Source of the DNA: an uncultured Alphaproteobacteria bacterium
GTDB taxonomy: Bacteria > Pseudomonadota > Alphaproteobacteria > HIMB59 > GCA-002718135
Assembly: GCA_902537325.1 (NCBI GenBank)
Contig: CACBAT010000005.1
Location: 18,637-82,636, forward strand
Reading direction: 5' to 3'
Length of the DNA: 64,000 nt
Positions 38,893 through 48,582 of the stretch are shown here, piece after piece (the stretch's first letter is position 1; each line of letters begins with the position of its first letter). Below the pieces are notes generated by a model, which was given only the letters and a program-made list of their open reading frames with translations, searched no databases and had not been told where the DNA came from. A program made the position numbers and the translations under genes.

Positions 38893-39894
38893 ATGATTAA
38901 TTTTAGCTTATTAGGAACAGGAAGAATTGGGAAATTACATGCTTCAATCATAAATAATCATCCAGAAGCGAGTCTCAAATATGTTTATGACATTGATACA
39001 AGCTCTGCTAAAAAAATTGCAAAAAAATATAGTTGTGAAGTTGCAAAGACTGCAAAGGAAGCAATTTCTTCAGATCAAATAAATGCTATTTTAATTGCTT
39101 CTGCCACCCCGACTCATACAGATTATATTTCTCTAGGAGCAGAATGTAATAAAGCTATATTATGTGAAAAGCCAATTGATTTAGATATAAATAAAGTAAA
39201 TAAATGTTGGCAAAAAATTAAAAAATATAAACCAACTATTCAAATTGGTTTTAATCGTAGATTTGATCCTAATCATAATAAAGTACAAAGTGAGGTTCTA
39301 TCAGGAAAGATTGGTAAAATTGAAATGATTGTAATCACAAGTAGAGACTCTTCTCCACCTGGTATTGATTATTTAAAACAATCGGGTGGAATTTTTAGAG
39401 ATTGTTCAATACATGATTTTGATTTGGCACGATTTATTCTTAATAATGATCCAATTGTAGATGTTTTTGCACAAGGTTCTGTAAATGTCTCAAATGATTT
39501 TAAGGTTACAAATGATTATGACACAACTATGTGTTTTATGAAATCAAAAAAAGGGGTTTTAGTTCATATAAATAATTCAAGAAGAGCCGTCTATGGTTAT
39601 GATCAAAGACTCGAAGTATTTGGAAGTAATGGAATGTTAATTTCTGATAATGTTCCAAATAATGATATTAATTACTATAATCAAAATTTATCATTTGCAA
39701 AAAAACCTATTAAAAATTTTTTTATCGAAAGATACAAAGATGCTTATCAAATACAATTAGATCAATTTATTAAATCAATAAAAAATAAAAAAAATACATT
39801 AGTCACTTTTGAGGATGGAAAGAATGCTTTAATTCTTGCGAATTCAGCTACTAAATCAGTAAAATTAAATAAAGTTGTAAAACCAAAATTTTAG
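38893..39894 (+). CDS. Gfo/Idh/MocA-family oxidoreductase, inositol 2-dehydrogenase-like
   Basis: 333 aa with FSLLGTGRIGKLH, CEKPI and GFNRRFDP, as in IolG-type enzymes. Confidence 0.65.
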   Translation: MINFSLLGTGRIGKLHASIINNHPEASLKYVYDIDTSSAKKIAKKYSCEVAKTAKEAISSDQINAILIASATPTHTDYISLGAECNKAILCEKPIDLDINKVNKCWQKIKKYKPTIQIGFNRRFDPNHNKVQSEVLSGKIGKIEMIVITSRDSSPPGIDYLKQSGGIFRDCSIHDFDLARFILNNDPIVDVFAQGSVNVSNDFKVTNDYDTTMCFMKSKKGVLVHINNSRRAVYGYDQRLEVFGSNGMLISDNVPNNDINYYNQNLSFAKKPIKNFFIERYKDAYQIQLDQFIKSIKNKKNTLVTFEDGKNALILANSATKSVKLNKVVKPKF

Positions 39895-39909
39895 TTATAG
39901 ATAAATTCT

Positions 39910-40740
39910 ATGAATGAACAATTTAAAGATAAGGTCATTATAGTTACAGGTAGTACACAAGGTAGTGGTGCTGAAACAGCGAGATTATTAGCTAGCAGAG
40001 GTGCTAAAGCAATTACAATTTGTGGGAGACAAGAAAATAAAGGTTTCGAAGTTAAAAATCAGATTGAAAAATTAGGTACTGAGTGTTTGTATATAAAAGC
40101 AGACCTTAAAAATGTTGATGATTGCAAAAAAATTGTTTTGGAGACTGATAAAAAATTTGGAACAATAAATTCTTTAATTAATGTTGCAGGATACACAGAA
40201 AGAGGAACAATTCTAAGTGCTACTCTAGAAAATTATGAAAATAATTATAATATTAATACCCGTGCACCTTTCATATTAATGCAAGAGACAATTAAAATAA
40301 TGATTAGAGATAAGAACAAAGGAACAATTGCAAATGTATTATCTATGGCAATGTATAGTGGTATGCCATTTATTGTTGCTTATAGTGGATCAAAAGCTGC
40401 TTTAGCTACAATGACAAAAAATATTGCAAATTCTGTCGCTAGTTATCAAATAAGAGTAAACGCCTTAAATATTGGATGGACGGATACTCCTGCTGAACAT
40501 GATATTCAAACAAGAGTTCATAAAAAAAATCCTAATTGGTTGCAAGATGAAGAAAAAAAAGTTCCTTTTAACAGATTGATTAAACCTATTGATGTAGCAA
40601 AGGGATTAGCTTTTATGTGCTCAGAAGAATCTGGATTAATGACAGGTAGTGTAATTGATTTTGATCAAACAGTACATGGCTGGCATTCTTATTCAGCATA
40701 TGAAACTAGAGTTTTGGATGATTCTCTACTAGGAGAATAA
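39910..40740 (+). CDS. Short-chain dehydrogenase/reductase
   Basis: 276 aa with TGSTQGSGAETA and YSGSKAAL. Confidence 0.75.
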   Translation: MNEQFKDKVIIVTGSTQGSGAETARLLASRGAKAITICGRQENKGFEVKNQIEKLGTECLYIKADLKNVDDCKKIVLETDKKFGTINSLINVAGYTERGTILSATLENYENNYNINTRAPFILMQETIKIMIRDKNKGTIANVLSMAMYSGMPFIVAYSGSKAALATMTKNIANSVASYQIRVNALNIGWTDTPAEHDIQTRVHKKNPNWLQDEEKKVPFNRLIKPIDVAKGLAFMCSEESGLMTGSVIDFDQTVHGWHSYSAYETRVLDDSLLGE

Positions 40741-40826
40741 TTAATCATTTATTTCTCAACCATTTTTTAATTTTTAACTATATTTTATAATTTACACAAA
40801 TTTAAATATTAATTAATAAATTAAAA

Positions 40827-41906
40827 ATGGGAAAAAAAATAATTTCTATTAATGAAGGAAAATTATCAGAGTTTAAACTTCATAGTATTTGGCTTCGTGA
40901 AAGATTAAATGGGAGTGAATTCGTAGACCAAAATAATCTACAACGTTTATATGAACCAAGCCTCTTAGATGATAATCTATTTATAAATTCTCATAATGTT
41001 AATGAAAATATATTAAATGTTGAATTTAGTGATGGAGTAAAAGGATCTTTTAATATCGATGATCTTTATAATGAAATAAATAATATTGATGTCATACCTG
41101 AAAAAATAATATGGAATGTCAGTGAACAAAATTTAGAAATTTTTGATAATAATAAAATCTTTGAGAATAAAAAGGAACTTATCAATATGCTTAAAGTATT
41201 TTATCAATACGGTTATGTAATAATCGAAAATACAAAAGCAGAAGAAAATGAAGTTATAAATTTTGCTGAAAAATTAGGCCCAGTTCGAGCAACAAATTTT
41301 GGAAAATTATTTAACGTTGTCTCTAAGCCAAATCCAAATGATCTTGCCTATACTGCATTAGAGTTAACTTCGCATTCAGATAACCCATATAGAAAGCCTG
41401 TTCCTGGAATTCAATTACTTCATTGTATTGCTAATGAATCTACAGGAGGAGACTCAAGTTTAGTTGATGGTTTTAGTGTTGCAAATTTTTTAAAACATAA
41501 CCAACCTGAATTTTATAAAGTATTAACTGAAACTAATGTTACTTTTAAATTTACAGATATTGATACTATTTTAATCGATGAAGCAAAATTAATTGAACTA
41601 GATCATAATAATAACTTTAGACAAATACGCTTTAGTGGAAGACTTGATTATGTTCCATTATTAGAGGAAAATAATCTTGATCTCTTTTATAAGGCTAGAA
41701 AATATATGTTCAAACTTTGTAATTCTGATAATTTCAAAATTAAATTTAGATTATCTAAAGGAATGATTGCAATGTTTGATAACCTGAGATTATTACATGG
41801 AAGAACTAAATTTGATCCAAATACTGGTTTTAGACATCTACAAGGATGTTATATTGATCATGATGTCACTGAGGGTAAGCTTAGAAGGTTATTAAACCCT
41901 AATTGA
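40827..41906 (+). CDS. Fe(II)/2-oxoglutarate dioxygenase, gamma-butyrobetaine hydroxylase (BBOX/TMLH)-like
   Basis: 359 aa of the TauD-fold. It has HSDNPY (HxD facial-triad part) and LLHGRTKF (distal His plus Arg), and an N-terminal DUF971-like domain. Confidence 0.65.
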   Translation: MGKKIISINEGKLSEFKLHSIWLRERLNGSEFVDQNNLQRLYEPSLLDDNLFINSHNVNENILNVEFSDGVKGSFNIDDLYNEINNIDVIPEKIIWNVSEQNLEIFDNNKIFENKKELINMLKVFYQYGYVIIENTKAEENEVINFAEKLGPVRATNFGKLFNVVSKPNPNDLAYTALELTSHSDNPYRKPVPGIQLLHCIANESTGGDSSLVDGFSVANFLKHNQPEFYKVLTETNVTFKFTDIDTILIDEAKLIELDHNNNFRQIRFSGRLDYVPLLEENNLDLFYKARKYMFKLCNSDNFKIKFRLSKGMIAMFDNLRLLHGRTKFDPNTGFRHLQGCYIDHDVTEGKLRRLLNPN

Positions 41907-42966
41907 CTTCGAAGATCTTTTCAGCAGGATAAAAATTTAATATTTTACTATACCAATTACTAAAATTATTTCCTTCAATTAATGAAACTGTAAAACCACC
42001 AAATCCACCACCAGTCAATCTGGCGCCTAGAGCACCACATTCAACTGATCTCTGAACAATTAAATCAACATCTAAAGTAGATGCTTCAAAATCTTTAGAA
42101 TATGATACGTGACTTTCATTCATTAATTTTCCAAACTCCTGAATATTATTTTCTATTAAATTTTTTTTCGCATTAATCACTCTATCATTTTCAAAAACTA
42201 CGTGCTTTGCTCTTTTTGCTATAGTATTATTTTCAAATTTATTTGTTTGAAAATTTTCTTTTTTAACTTCACCTAAATATTCTACACCAAGTTTTTTCTC
42301 AGCCTCTTGGAGTTCAGCAAATCTTTCATTATAAGAGCTATCTCTTAAATTACGTTGTACTTCAGAGTCAATCAAACAAAATTTCCAATTTTCTGGAAAA
42401 TTAATAAGTTCGTATTCTAAATTCTTACAATTCATAAAAAATGCTTTGCCATGAATACCAATAGAAGAAACCATTTGATCCATTATTCCACCAGAAACAC
42501 CTATATAGTTGAATTCTACTTTCTTTGCTAATTTTGCAATTTCTGGATCTTTGATTTTTGTTCCAAAAAAAGTATTAAGTGCTTTTAGTGTAGCAACACA
42601 CAATGCTGAAGATGATGAAATACCTCTTTCTAAAGGTATATCAGATGAAATAAAAATGTTCAAAAATTTAGATGAAATCTTATTTTCATTAAAAAAAATA
42701 TATAAACAACCTTTTATATAATCAACCCACTCATTGCTGGTTGATTTCTTGAAATCATTGAATGTTTTTTTTTCTTCAAAATGTTGAGAATAAACTGTGA
42801 ATTCATTAGAAATATTTTGAGATATCTCAATGTTATTTTTAAAATATAGAAGTGTAGGCATGACATATCCACCAGTATAATCGGTATGTTCACCAATTAA
42901 ATTTACTCTTGCATGAGCACTTTCCTTTACTTCTGCGTCTATATTAAATATATCTTTAAAACTCAT
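41899..42966 (-). CDS. galK: GHMP sugar kinase, galactokinase-like
   Basis: 355 aa with the galactokinase signature RVNLIGEHTDYTGGYV, the GHMP motif PLERGISSSSAL and GARLTGGGFGG. The true substrate could be an N-acetylhexosamine. Confidence 0.75.
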   Translation of the reverse strand: MSFKDIFNIDAEVKESAHARVNLIGEHTDYTGGYVMPTLLYFKNNIEISQNISNEFTVYSQHFEEKKTFNDFKKSTSNEWVDYIKGCLYIFFNENKISSKFLNIFISSDIPLERGISSSSALCVATLKALNTFFGTKIKDPEIAKLAKKVEFNYIGVSGGIMDQMVSSIGIHGKAFFMNCKNLEYELINFPENWKFCLIDSEVQRNLRDSSYNERFAELQEAEKKLGVEYLGEVKKENFQTNKFENNTIAKRAKHVVFENDRVINAKKNLIENNIQEFGKLMNESHVSYSKDFEASTLDVDLIVQRSVECGALGARLTGGGFGGFTVSLIEGNNFSNWYSKILNFYPAEKIFEVN

Positions 42967-42979
42967 ATAATTTCTAGTT

Positions 42980-44842
42980 ATGACTAATCAAATTAATATA
43001 TCTTTTACAAATGAAAATAAATTAAAAATTGTTCTTGATAATAAATTAGTAGATTCAAATTTGAAACTGTGTTTCTCATTAGTTTATTCAATAAAATCTA
43101 TATCAGGAGGCGAAATAACTAAGCAAATTGGACGTTATTATGAGTTATCTATAAAAAAAAATACAATTTTATTAGATTTACAAATTCCTAAAATTGGTAA
43201 CTTCAACCTTTCGTGTGGTCCGGAAGGTGTTTTCATTATTGATACATTAAACAATAGTAAATTAAATATAAATGTTTCAGATTTGATATTTGAAAAACCA
43301 ATTAAAAAGAAAACTTATGAAGATTTAAAAACAAAAAATTTTATACCTATTATTCCTGAGCCAGAAAAAATTCATTTACAAAATAAATTTATAAATATTG
43401 AAAATAAAACATTTAATCTAAATACGGAAATTGAAATTATTTCTAATTTGCAAAATATTATTTCCAAATTGGATATTAATTTTACTTCTGAAAAAGGATT
43501 TCCAATTTTCTTTAAAAAAGATGATCAGTTATTAAACGATCAATATTTTATGCAGATAACAAAAGATAATATTGAGATTAAATATAAATCTTATGGTGGA
43601 AAGCTATATGGTCTTATATCTTTAGTTCATTTAATTGATTTCTATCAAACAAAGCTTCCAATTTGTACAATACACGATAATCCAAAATATCAATGGAGAG
43701 GAATGCATCTTGATTGTGCAAGACAATTTTATACTATTGATGAAATCAAACGTTTATTTAATTACATGGCATTATTTAAGCTTAATAGATTTCACTGGCA
43801 TTTAACAGATAACGAAGCGTGGAGAATTGAAATTAAAAAATATCCAGATCTAGCATTAAATGGAGGATACAGAGGATATAATTTTAAAATACCACCATTG
43901 TATGGAAGTGGTTATGATAAATATGGCGGATATTACTCACAGGAAGATATTAAAGATTTAATTATATATGCAAAAAAATTAAATATCGAGATTATGCCTG
44001 AAATTGATTTACCAGCACATTCTTGGGCATTACTAGAAATCATGCCAGAACTTAGAGAACAGTTTTCAAATATAGTTAGTGAAGATGTTGGTTCGTATAA
44101 GAATAATACAATAAATCCTTCCTTAGAAAAAACTGTAACTTTTTTAAAAGATATGTTGAATGAAGTAAGTGATATTTTCTCATATGATGTAATTCATGTT
44201 GGCGTTGATGAAAGACCAAGTAATGCCTGGGAAGGTTCTCCAGCAATTATCGAGTTTATGAAAAAAAATAATATTAAATCACAAGAGGAATATCAAGATT
44301 ACTATATGAATTTTTTAATAGATTTTCTAAAATTAAAAAATAAAAGAACAGCTGCATGGAACGAGGCGGCAGTGTCTCCTCATATCGATCACGGGGTGGG
44401 TGGAAGTGCAGGAAAAATTGATAAATCATGTTTGATCTTTTCATGGGAGCATTCAGATGTTGCAAAAGAAACTACAAATAAGGGATTTGAAACAATACTT
44501 TGTCCTGGTCAAAAAACATATTTTGATATGGCTTATAACAATTCAACTGAAGAAAGAGGTATTTGTTGGGCTGCAACTATAGAAGTAAAAGATATTCATG
44601 AATGGGACCCAATAAAAGATATAAATAAATCAGAATTGATAAAAGGGTTACAAGGTCAACTGTGGTCAGAGACAATTACAGATAAAAAATTTTTTGATCA
44701 AATGATCAACCCAAGATTAGCAACTTTATCAGAAGTTGCATGGAAAGGAAAAATTTCAAGAAAATGGATAGAATTTCGTTCAGCACTTCTAAATTCTATG
44801 GATTTTTTAAAAAAATTAGGCTGGCGATATCACAATTTTTAA
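42980..44842 (+). CDS. Beta-N-acetylhexosaminidase, glycoside hydrolase family 20
   Basis: 620 aa with GMHLDCARQF, RFHWHLTDNEAWR and HVGVDE. No N-terminal signal peptide is seen. Confidence 0.85.
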   Translation: MTNQINISFTNENKLKIVLDNKLVDSNLKLCFSLVYSIKSISGGEITKQIGRYYELSIKKNTILLDLQIPKIGNFNLSCGPEGVFIIDTLNNSKLNINVSDLIFEKPIKKKTYEDLKTKNFIPIIPEPEKIHLQNKFINIENKTFNLNTEIEIISNLQNIISKLDINFTSEKGFPIFFKKDDQLLNDQYFMQITKDNIEIKYKSYGGKLYGLISLVHLIDFYQTKLPICTIHDNPKYQWRGMHLDCARQFYTIDEIKRLFNYMALFKLNRFHWHLTDNEAWRIEIKKYPDLALNGGYRGYNFKIPPLYGSGYDKYGGYYSQEDIKDLIIYAKKLNIEIMPEIDLPAHSWALLEIMPELREQFSNIVSEDVGSYKNNTINPSLEKTVTFLKDMLNEVSDIFSYDVIHVGVDERPSNAWEGSPAIIEFMKKNNIKSQEEYQDYYMNFLIDFLKLKNKRTAAWNEAAVSPHIDHGVGGSAGKIDKSCLIFSWEHSDVAKETTNKGFETILCPGQKTYFDMAYNNSTEERGICWAATIEVKDIHEWDPIKDINKSELIKGLQGQLWSETITDKKFFDQMINPRLATLSEVAWKGKISRKWIEFRSALLNSMDFLKKLGWRYHNF

Positions 44843-44860
44843 TGTTAAAGTAAAATAAAT

Positions 44861-46006
44861 ATGAAAATAGGCGCAGTAGGTTTTGGGAGTAGAACAGCTA
44901 GTGTTTATAATGAATTTTCAAAAGTTAATCCAAATTTTGAAATGATTGCCTATGTAGATCCTCAGCCAATAGGTAAAGATTTTGCTGAGAAAAATAATTT
45001 TTTTCCAAATAAATCATATTCAAGTTTAAACGAAATGTTGAATCGAGAGAAACTAGATATGTTAATGATTGGTTCTCCTAATCATTTACATTTAGATCAT
45101 ATCAAGCTTGGATTAAAAGCTGGATTACAAATTTTTGCCGAAAAACCAATAGTAATAAATGAACAAGAAACTTTTGAGTTAGCTAAATTAATAAAAGAAT
45201 ATGGCAAAGAAAGAATTATAGTTGGCTTAGTTCTAAGATATTCGCAACAAGCAAGATCTGTAAGAAAATTATTAGATCAAAATGCTATTGGAAATATAAT
45301 ATCAATTGAAGCTTCAGAACATATTGTACCCTCGCATGGTGCTTTTTTTATGCGAAATTGGAGAAGAAAACAAAAATATTCAGGAGGCTTTATGCTGGAA
45401 AAATGTTGCCATGATATTGACTTCTATTCAATGATTACGAAGAGTAGACCTATTAAAGTTGCTAGTTTTGGTTCAAGAAGATCTTTTATACCAGATAATC
45501 TTCCAGAGGGTTCTCATGAACAATATACAAAAGATAGACTGAAAGGTTGGGAGTCAAAATCAAATGTCTTTGATAGTGATGCTGATATCGTCGATCATCA
45601 AGTAGCAATAATAGAATATGAAAATAAAGCAGTATTATCTTTTCACACTAATATGAAGGTTCCAGACGAATTTAGAAGATTTGCAGTTATAGGATCTACA
45701 GGAATGATTGAAGGGGATTTTGTTAGAGGATTTATGAAAGCTCATGATGAAAATAATAATGTACTTATTGACGAAGATTATGGAGCAGCCTTTGGAAAAG
45801 AAATAAAAGGTCATTATGGTGCAGACAGTTTAATGGCTAAAGACATTAATAATTATTTGTTAAAAAATAATAAAGAATTACCAGTTGGTGTAATAGAGTG
45901 TATGGAAGCAGGAATTGTAGCAATGAAAATTGATGAGTCTAGAAATACAGGTAAAGTAATTGACTTAAAAAGTACTTGGGATAAATTTGACTCTTTATTA
46001 AACTAG
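44861..46006 (+). CDS. Gfo/Idh/MocA-family oxidoreductase
   Basis: 381 aa with the AEKPI motif and the family layout. Confidence 0.7.
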   Translation: MKIGAVGFGSRTASVYNEFSKVNPNFEMIAYVDPQPIGKDFAEKNNFFPNKSYSSLNEMLNREKLDMLMIGSPNHLHLDHIKLGLKAGLQIFAEKPIVINEQETFELAKLIKEYGKERIIVGLVLRYSQQARSVRKLLDQNAIGNIISIEASEHIVPSHGAFFMRNWRRKQKYSGGFMLEKCCHDIDFYSMITKSRPIKVASFGSRRSFIPDNLPEGSHEQYTKDRLKGWESKSNVFDSDADIVDHQVAIIEYENKAVLSFHTNMKVPDEFRRFAVIGSTGMIEGDFVRGFMKAHDENNNVLIDEDYGAAFGKEIKGHYGADSLMAKDINNYLLKNNKELPVGVIECMEAGIVAMKIDESRNTGKVIDLKSTWDKFDSLLN

Positions 46007-46009
46007 CAT

Positions 46010-46909
46010 ATGAAACAAAAATTAAAATCATATAATGCCCAGACTTATTTAGCATATGCTTTGATTGCTCCAGCTGCCCTTTATATAGTTCTCATTGTTG
46101 CCTGGCCGTTATTGGAAACAATCAGACTTTCATTCACAAATTCAAGTTTAGCTGGAGAAGATTATGTTGGATTTGAAAATTATCAAAAAATGCTTTCAAG
46201 TAAAAAATTTAATGGGATAGTAACTAGAACTTTTGTTTGGATGTTTTTTTCAGTGTCTTTAAAACTTATTATTGGTTTAATTGGAGCTGTTTTACTAAAT
46301 GCTAATTTAAAAGGAAGATCAATATTTAGAGTTCTTGTAATGCCTCCCTGGGTAGTGCCGATTGCAATTGGAATGTTGGGTTGGTTATGGTTATACAATG
46401 GATATTTTGGAATAATTGCTGGTGTTGGAATGAGAACTGGCATTTTAGATGGTCCATTTGGTTTTCTTGCATACAAGCAAAGTGCTTTTATTTCTACAAT
46501 AATAGCGGATGTTTGGGTTGGAACGCCAATGGTAACAGTTTTTTTTCTCGCCGCAATGCAAGGTGTTCCAAGAGATTTATACGAGGCAGCTTATTGCGAT
46601 GGTGCTTCAAGATGGGATAGATTTTTTAAAATTACCCTTCCTCAAATAACTCCAGTAATAATTACAATGTCATTACTGTCTGCGATTTGGACTTTCAATT
46701 CATTTGAAATAATTTGGATATTGACTGAGGGTGGGCCAAGGGGTGCAACAACAACATTAATAATAGATACATACAAACAAGCTTTAGGAAATTATAAATT
46801 TGGAAGAGGAGCAGCAAGAGCTGTAGTTGTCATGATTTTATTAACTTTATTTGCTGGTTTCTACCTAGCTCTTCTTGCAAGAATAAATAAGAAAATTTCT
46901 CATGAATAA
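46010..46909 (+). CDS. CUT1 sugar ABC transporter permease (MalF/UgpA-type)
   Basis: 299 aa with the EAA-loop LYEAAYCDGASRWDRFFKITLPQITPVI. Confidence 0.85.
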   Translation: MKQKLKSYNAQTYLAYALIAPAALYIVLIVAWPLLETIRLSFTNSSLAGEDYVGFENYQKMLSSKKFNGIVTRTFVWMFFSVSLKLIIGLIGAVLLNANLKGRSIFRVLVMPPWVVPIAIGMLGWLWLYNGYFGIIAGVGMRTGILDGPFGFLAYKQSAFISTIIADVWVGTPMVTVFFLAAMQGVPRDLYEAAYCDGASRWDRFFKITLPQITPVIITMSLLSAIWTFNSFEIIWILTEGGPRGATTTLIIDTYKQALGNYKFGRGAARAVVVMILLTLFAGFYLALLARINKKISHE

Positions 46910-47741
46910 ATATAATACTTTTGAAAAAATACTTATCTATTCAGGTATTTTAGTCTTTATGACTTTTATACTTCTACCATTTGTAGAAATGTTCTATGCA
47001 TCTCTTCGTCCTTTGGATCATTTATTTCGTTCACCATATCAATTTTATTCTGATGATTTATCTTTTTGGGCATATAGAGAAATGTGGAATACAGTTCCAA
47101 TGCTTGGAAGATATATATTTAATAGTTTTTTTTTAGCAACTTCAGTTGCAGTAATAACACTTATTTTTGTAATCCCAGCAGCATATTCTTATGCTCGTTT
47201 CAAATTTCCAGCAAAGAATACAAGTCTATATGTATTGCTTGCAATAAATATGTTCTCAGGGGCAGTTCTTTTAATTCCTTTATATAAAGTTTTAAGAACT
47301 TTTGGTTTGTTGAATAGTTATCAAGCAATGATTGTACCTGGAGTAGCATTTTTAATACCTACATCTATTTGGTTATTAAAATCATACTTTGAAAAAATAC
47401 CAATTGATTTAGAAGAAGCTGCTTTTGTAGATGGGGCTTCAAGAGTACAGATCCTACGTCATATAATAGCTCCACTTAGTACTCCTGGATTGGTTGTAGT
47501 TGGAATATATGCATTTATTGGCGCTTATGCACAACAGTTCTTATTTGCAATAACGTTTAATCAAAAAAAAGAATATATGCCTATTCCTTCAGGATTATAT
47601 GAATTTATAGGATATCAAAGTGTTAAATGGAATGAAATGATGGCTGCTTCTCTTGTTGGGATAGCACCTGTTTTATTAGTTTTTATTTTTTTACAAAAAT
47701 ATATTGTTGAAGGACTAACTGCAGGAGCAGTTAAAAACTAA
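46902..47741 (+). CDS. CUT1 sugar ABC transporter permease (MalG/UgpE-type), copy 1
   Basis: 279 aa with the EAA-loop LEEAAFVDGASRVQILRHIIAPLSTPGL. ATG start that overlaps the upstream gene by 8 nt. Confidence 0.85.
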   Translation: MNKYNTFEKILIYSGILVFMTFILLPFVEMFYASLRPLDHLFRSPYQFYSDDLSFWAYREMWNTVPMLGRYIFNSFFLATSVAVITLIFVIPAAYSYARFKFPAKNTSLYVLLAINMFSGAVLLIPLYKVLRTFGLLNSYQAMIVPGVAFLIPTSIWLLKSYFEKIPIDLEEAAFVDGASRVQILRHIIAPLSTPGLVVVGIYAFIGAYAQQFLFAITFNQKKEYMPIPSGLYEFIGYQSVKWNEMMAASLVGIAPVLLVFIFLQKYIVEGLTAGAVKN

Positions 47742-47742
47742 A

Positions 47743-48582
47743 TTGGATAAATATAATTTATACGAAAAGATAATCTTATATTTAGGTATACTAGTTTTCA
47801 TGACTTTTATACTTCTACCATTTGTAGAAATGTTCTATGCATCTCTTCGTCCTTTGGATCATTTATTTCGTTCACCATATCAATTTTATTCTGATGATTT
47901 ATCTTTTTGGGCATATAGAGAAATGTGGAAAACCGTTCCAATGTTGCCACGATATATTTTTAATAGTTTTTTTCTTGCTAGTGTTACATCTTTAATTACT
48001 TTGTTATTTGTTATTCCTGCCGCTTATTCTTATGCTCGTTTCAAATTTCCTTTTAAGAATTCATCTTTATATATTTTACTAGCAATAAATATGTTTTCAG
48101 GTGCTGTACTTTTAATTCCTTTATATAAAGTTTTAAGAACTTTTGGTCTTCTTAATACATACCAAGCAATGATAGTACCAGGTGTCGCCTTCTTAATACC
48201 TACCGCAATATGGTTATTAAAATCATACTTTGAAAAAATCCCGATTGATTTGGAAGAGGCTGCATTTGTTGATGGAGCTTCAAGGGTTCAAATTTTAAGA
48301 CACATTATAGCACCACTTAGTACTCCTGGCTTAGTAGTTGTTGGGATATATGCTTTTATAGGATCATATGCACAACAGTTCTTATTTGCGATAACTTTTA
48401 ATCAGAAAAAAGAGTACATGCCTATTCCCTCAGGACTCTATGAATTTATTGGTTACACGACAGTTAAATGGAATGAAATGATGGCGGCTTCTCTTGTTGG
48501 GATAGCACCTGTATTAATCATTTTTCTTTTTCTACAGAAATATATTGTTGCTGGTTTGACTTCTGGAGCTGTAAAAAACTAG
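47743..48582 (+). CDS. CUT1 sugar ABC transporter permease (MalG/UgpE-type), copy 2 (tandem paralog)
   Basis: 279 aa, differing from copy 1 at 27 positions by my manual count. TTG start 1 nt after the copy-1 stop. Confidence 0.8.
   Translation: MDKYNLYEKIILYLGILVFMTFILLPFVEMFYASLRPLDHLFRSPYQFYSDDLSFWAYREMWKTVPMLPRYIFNSFFLASVTSLITLLFVIPAAYSYARFKFPFKNSSLYILLAINMFSGAVLLIPLYKVLRTFGLLNTYQAMIVPGVAFLIPTAIWLLKSYFEKIPIDLEEAAFVDGASRVQILRHIIAPLSTPGLVVVGIYAFIGSYAQQFLFAITFNQKKEYMPIPSGLYEFIGYTTVKWNEMMAASLVGIAPVLIIFLFLQKYIVAGLTSGAVKN

Larger units (their letters stand above)
46902..48582 (+). repeat. Tandem duplication of an 840-nt permease gene, including a 131-nt perfectly identical tract
   Basis: 46959-47089 is identical to 47800-47930. 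The rest of the two copies carries many mostly synonymous differences. Confidence 0.9.
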
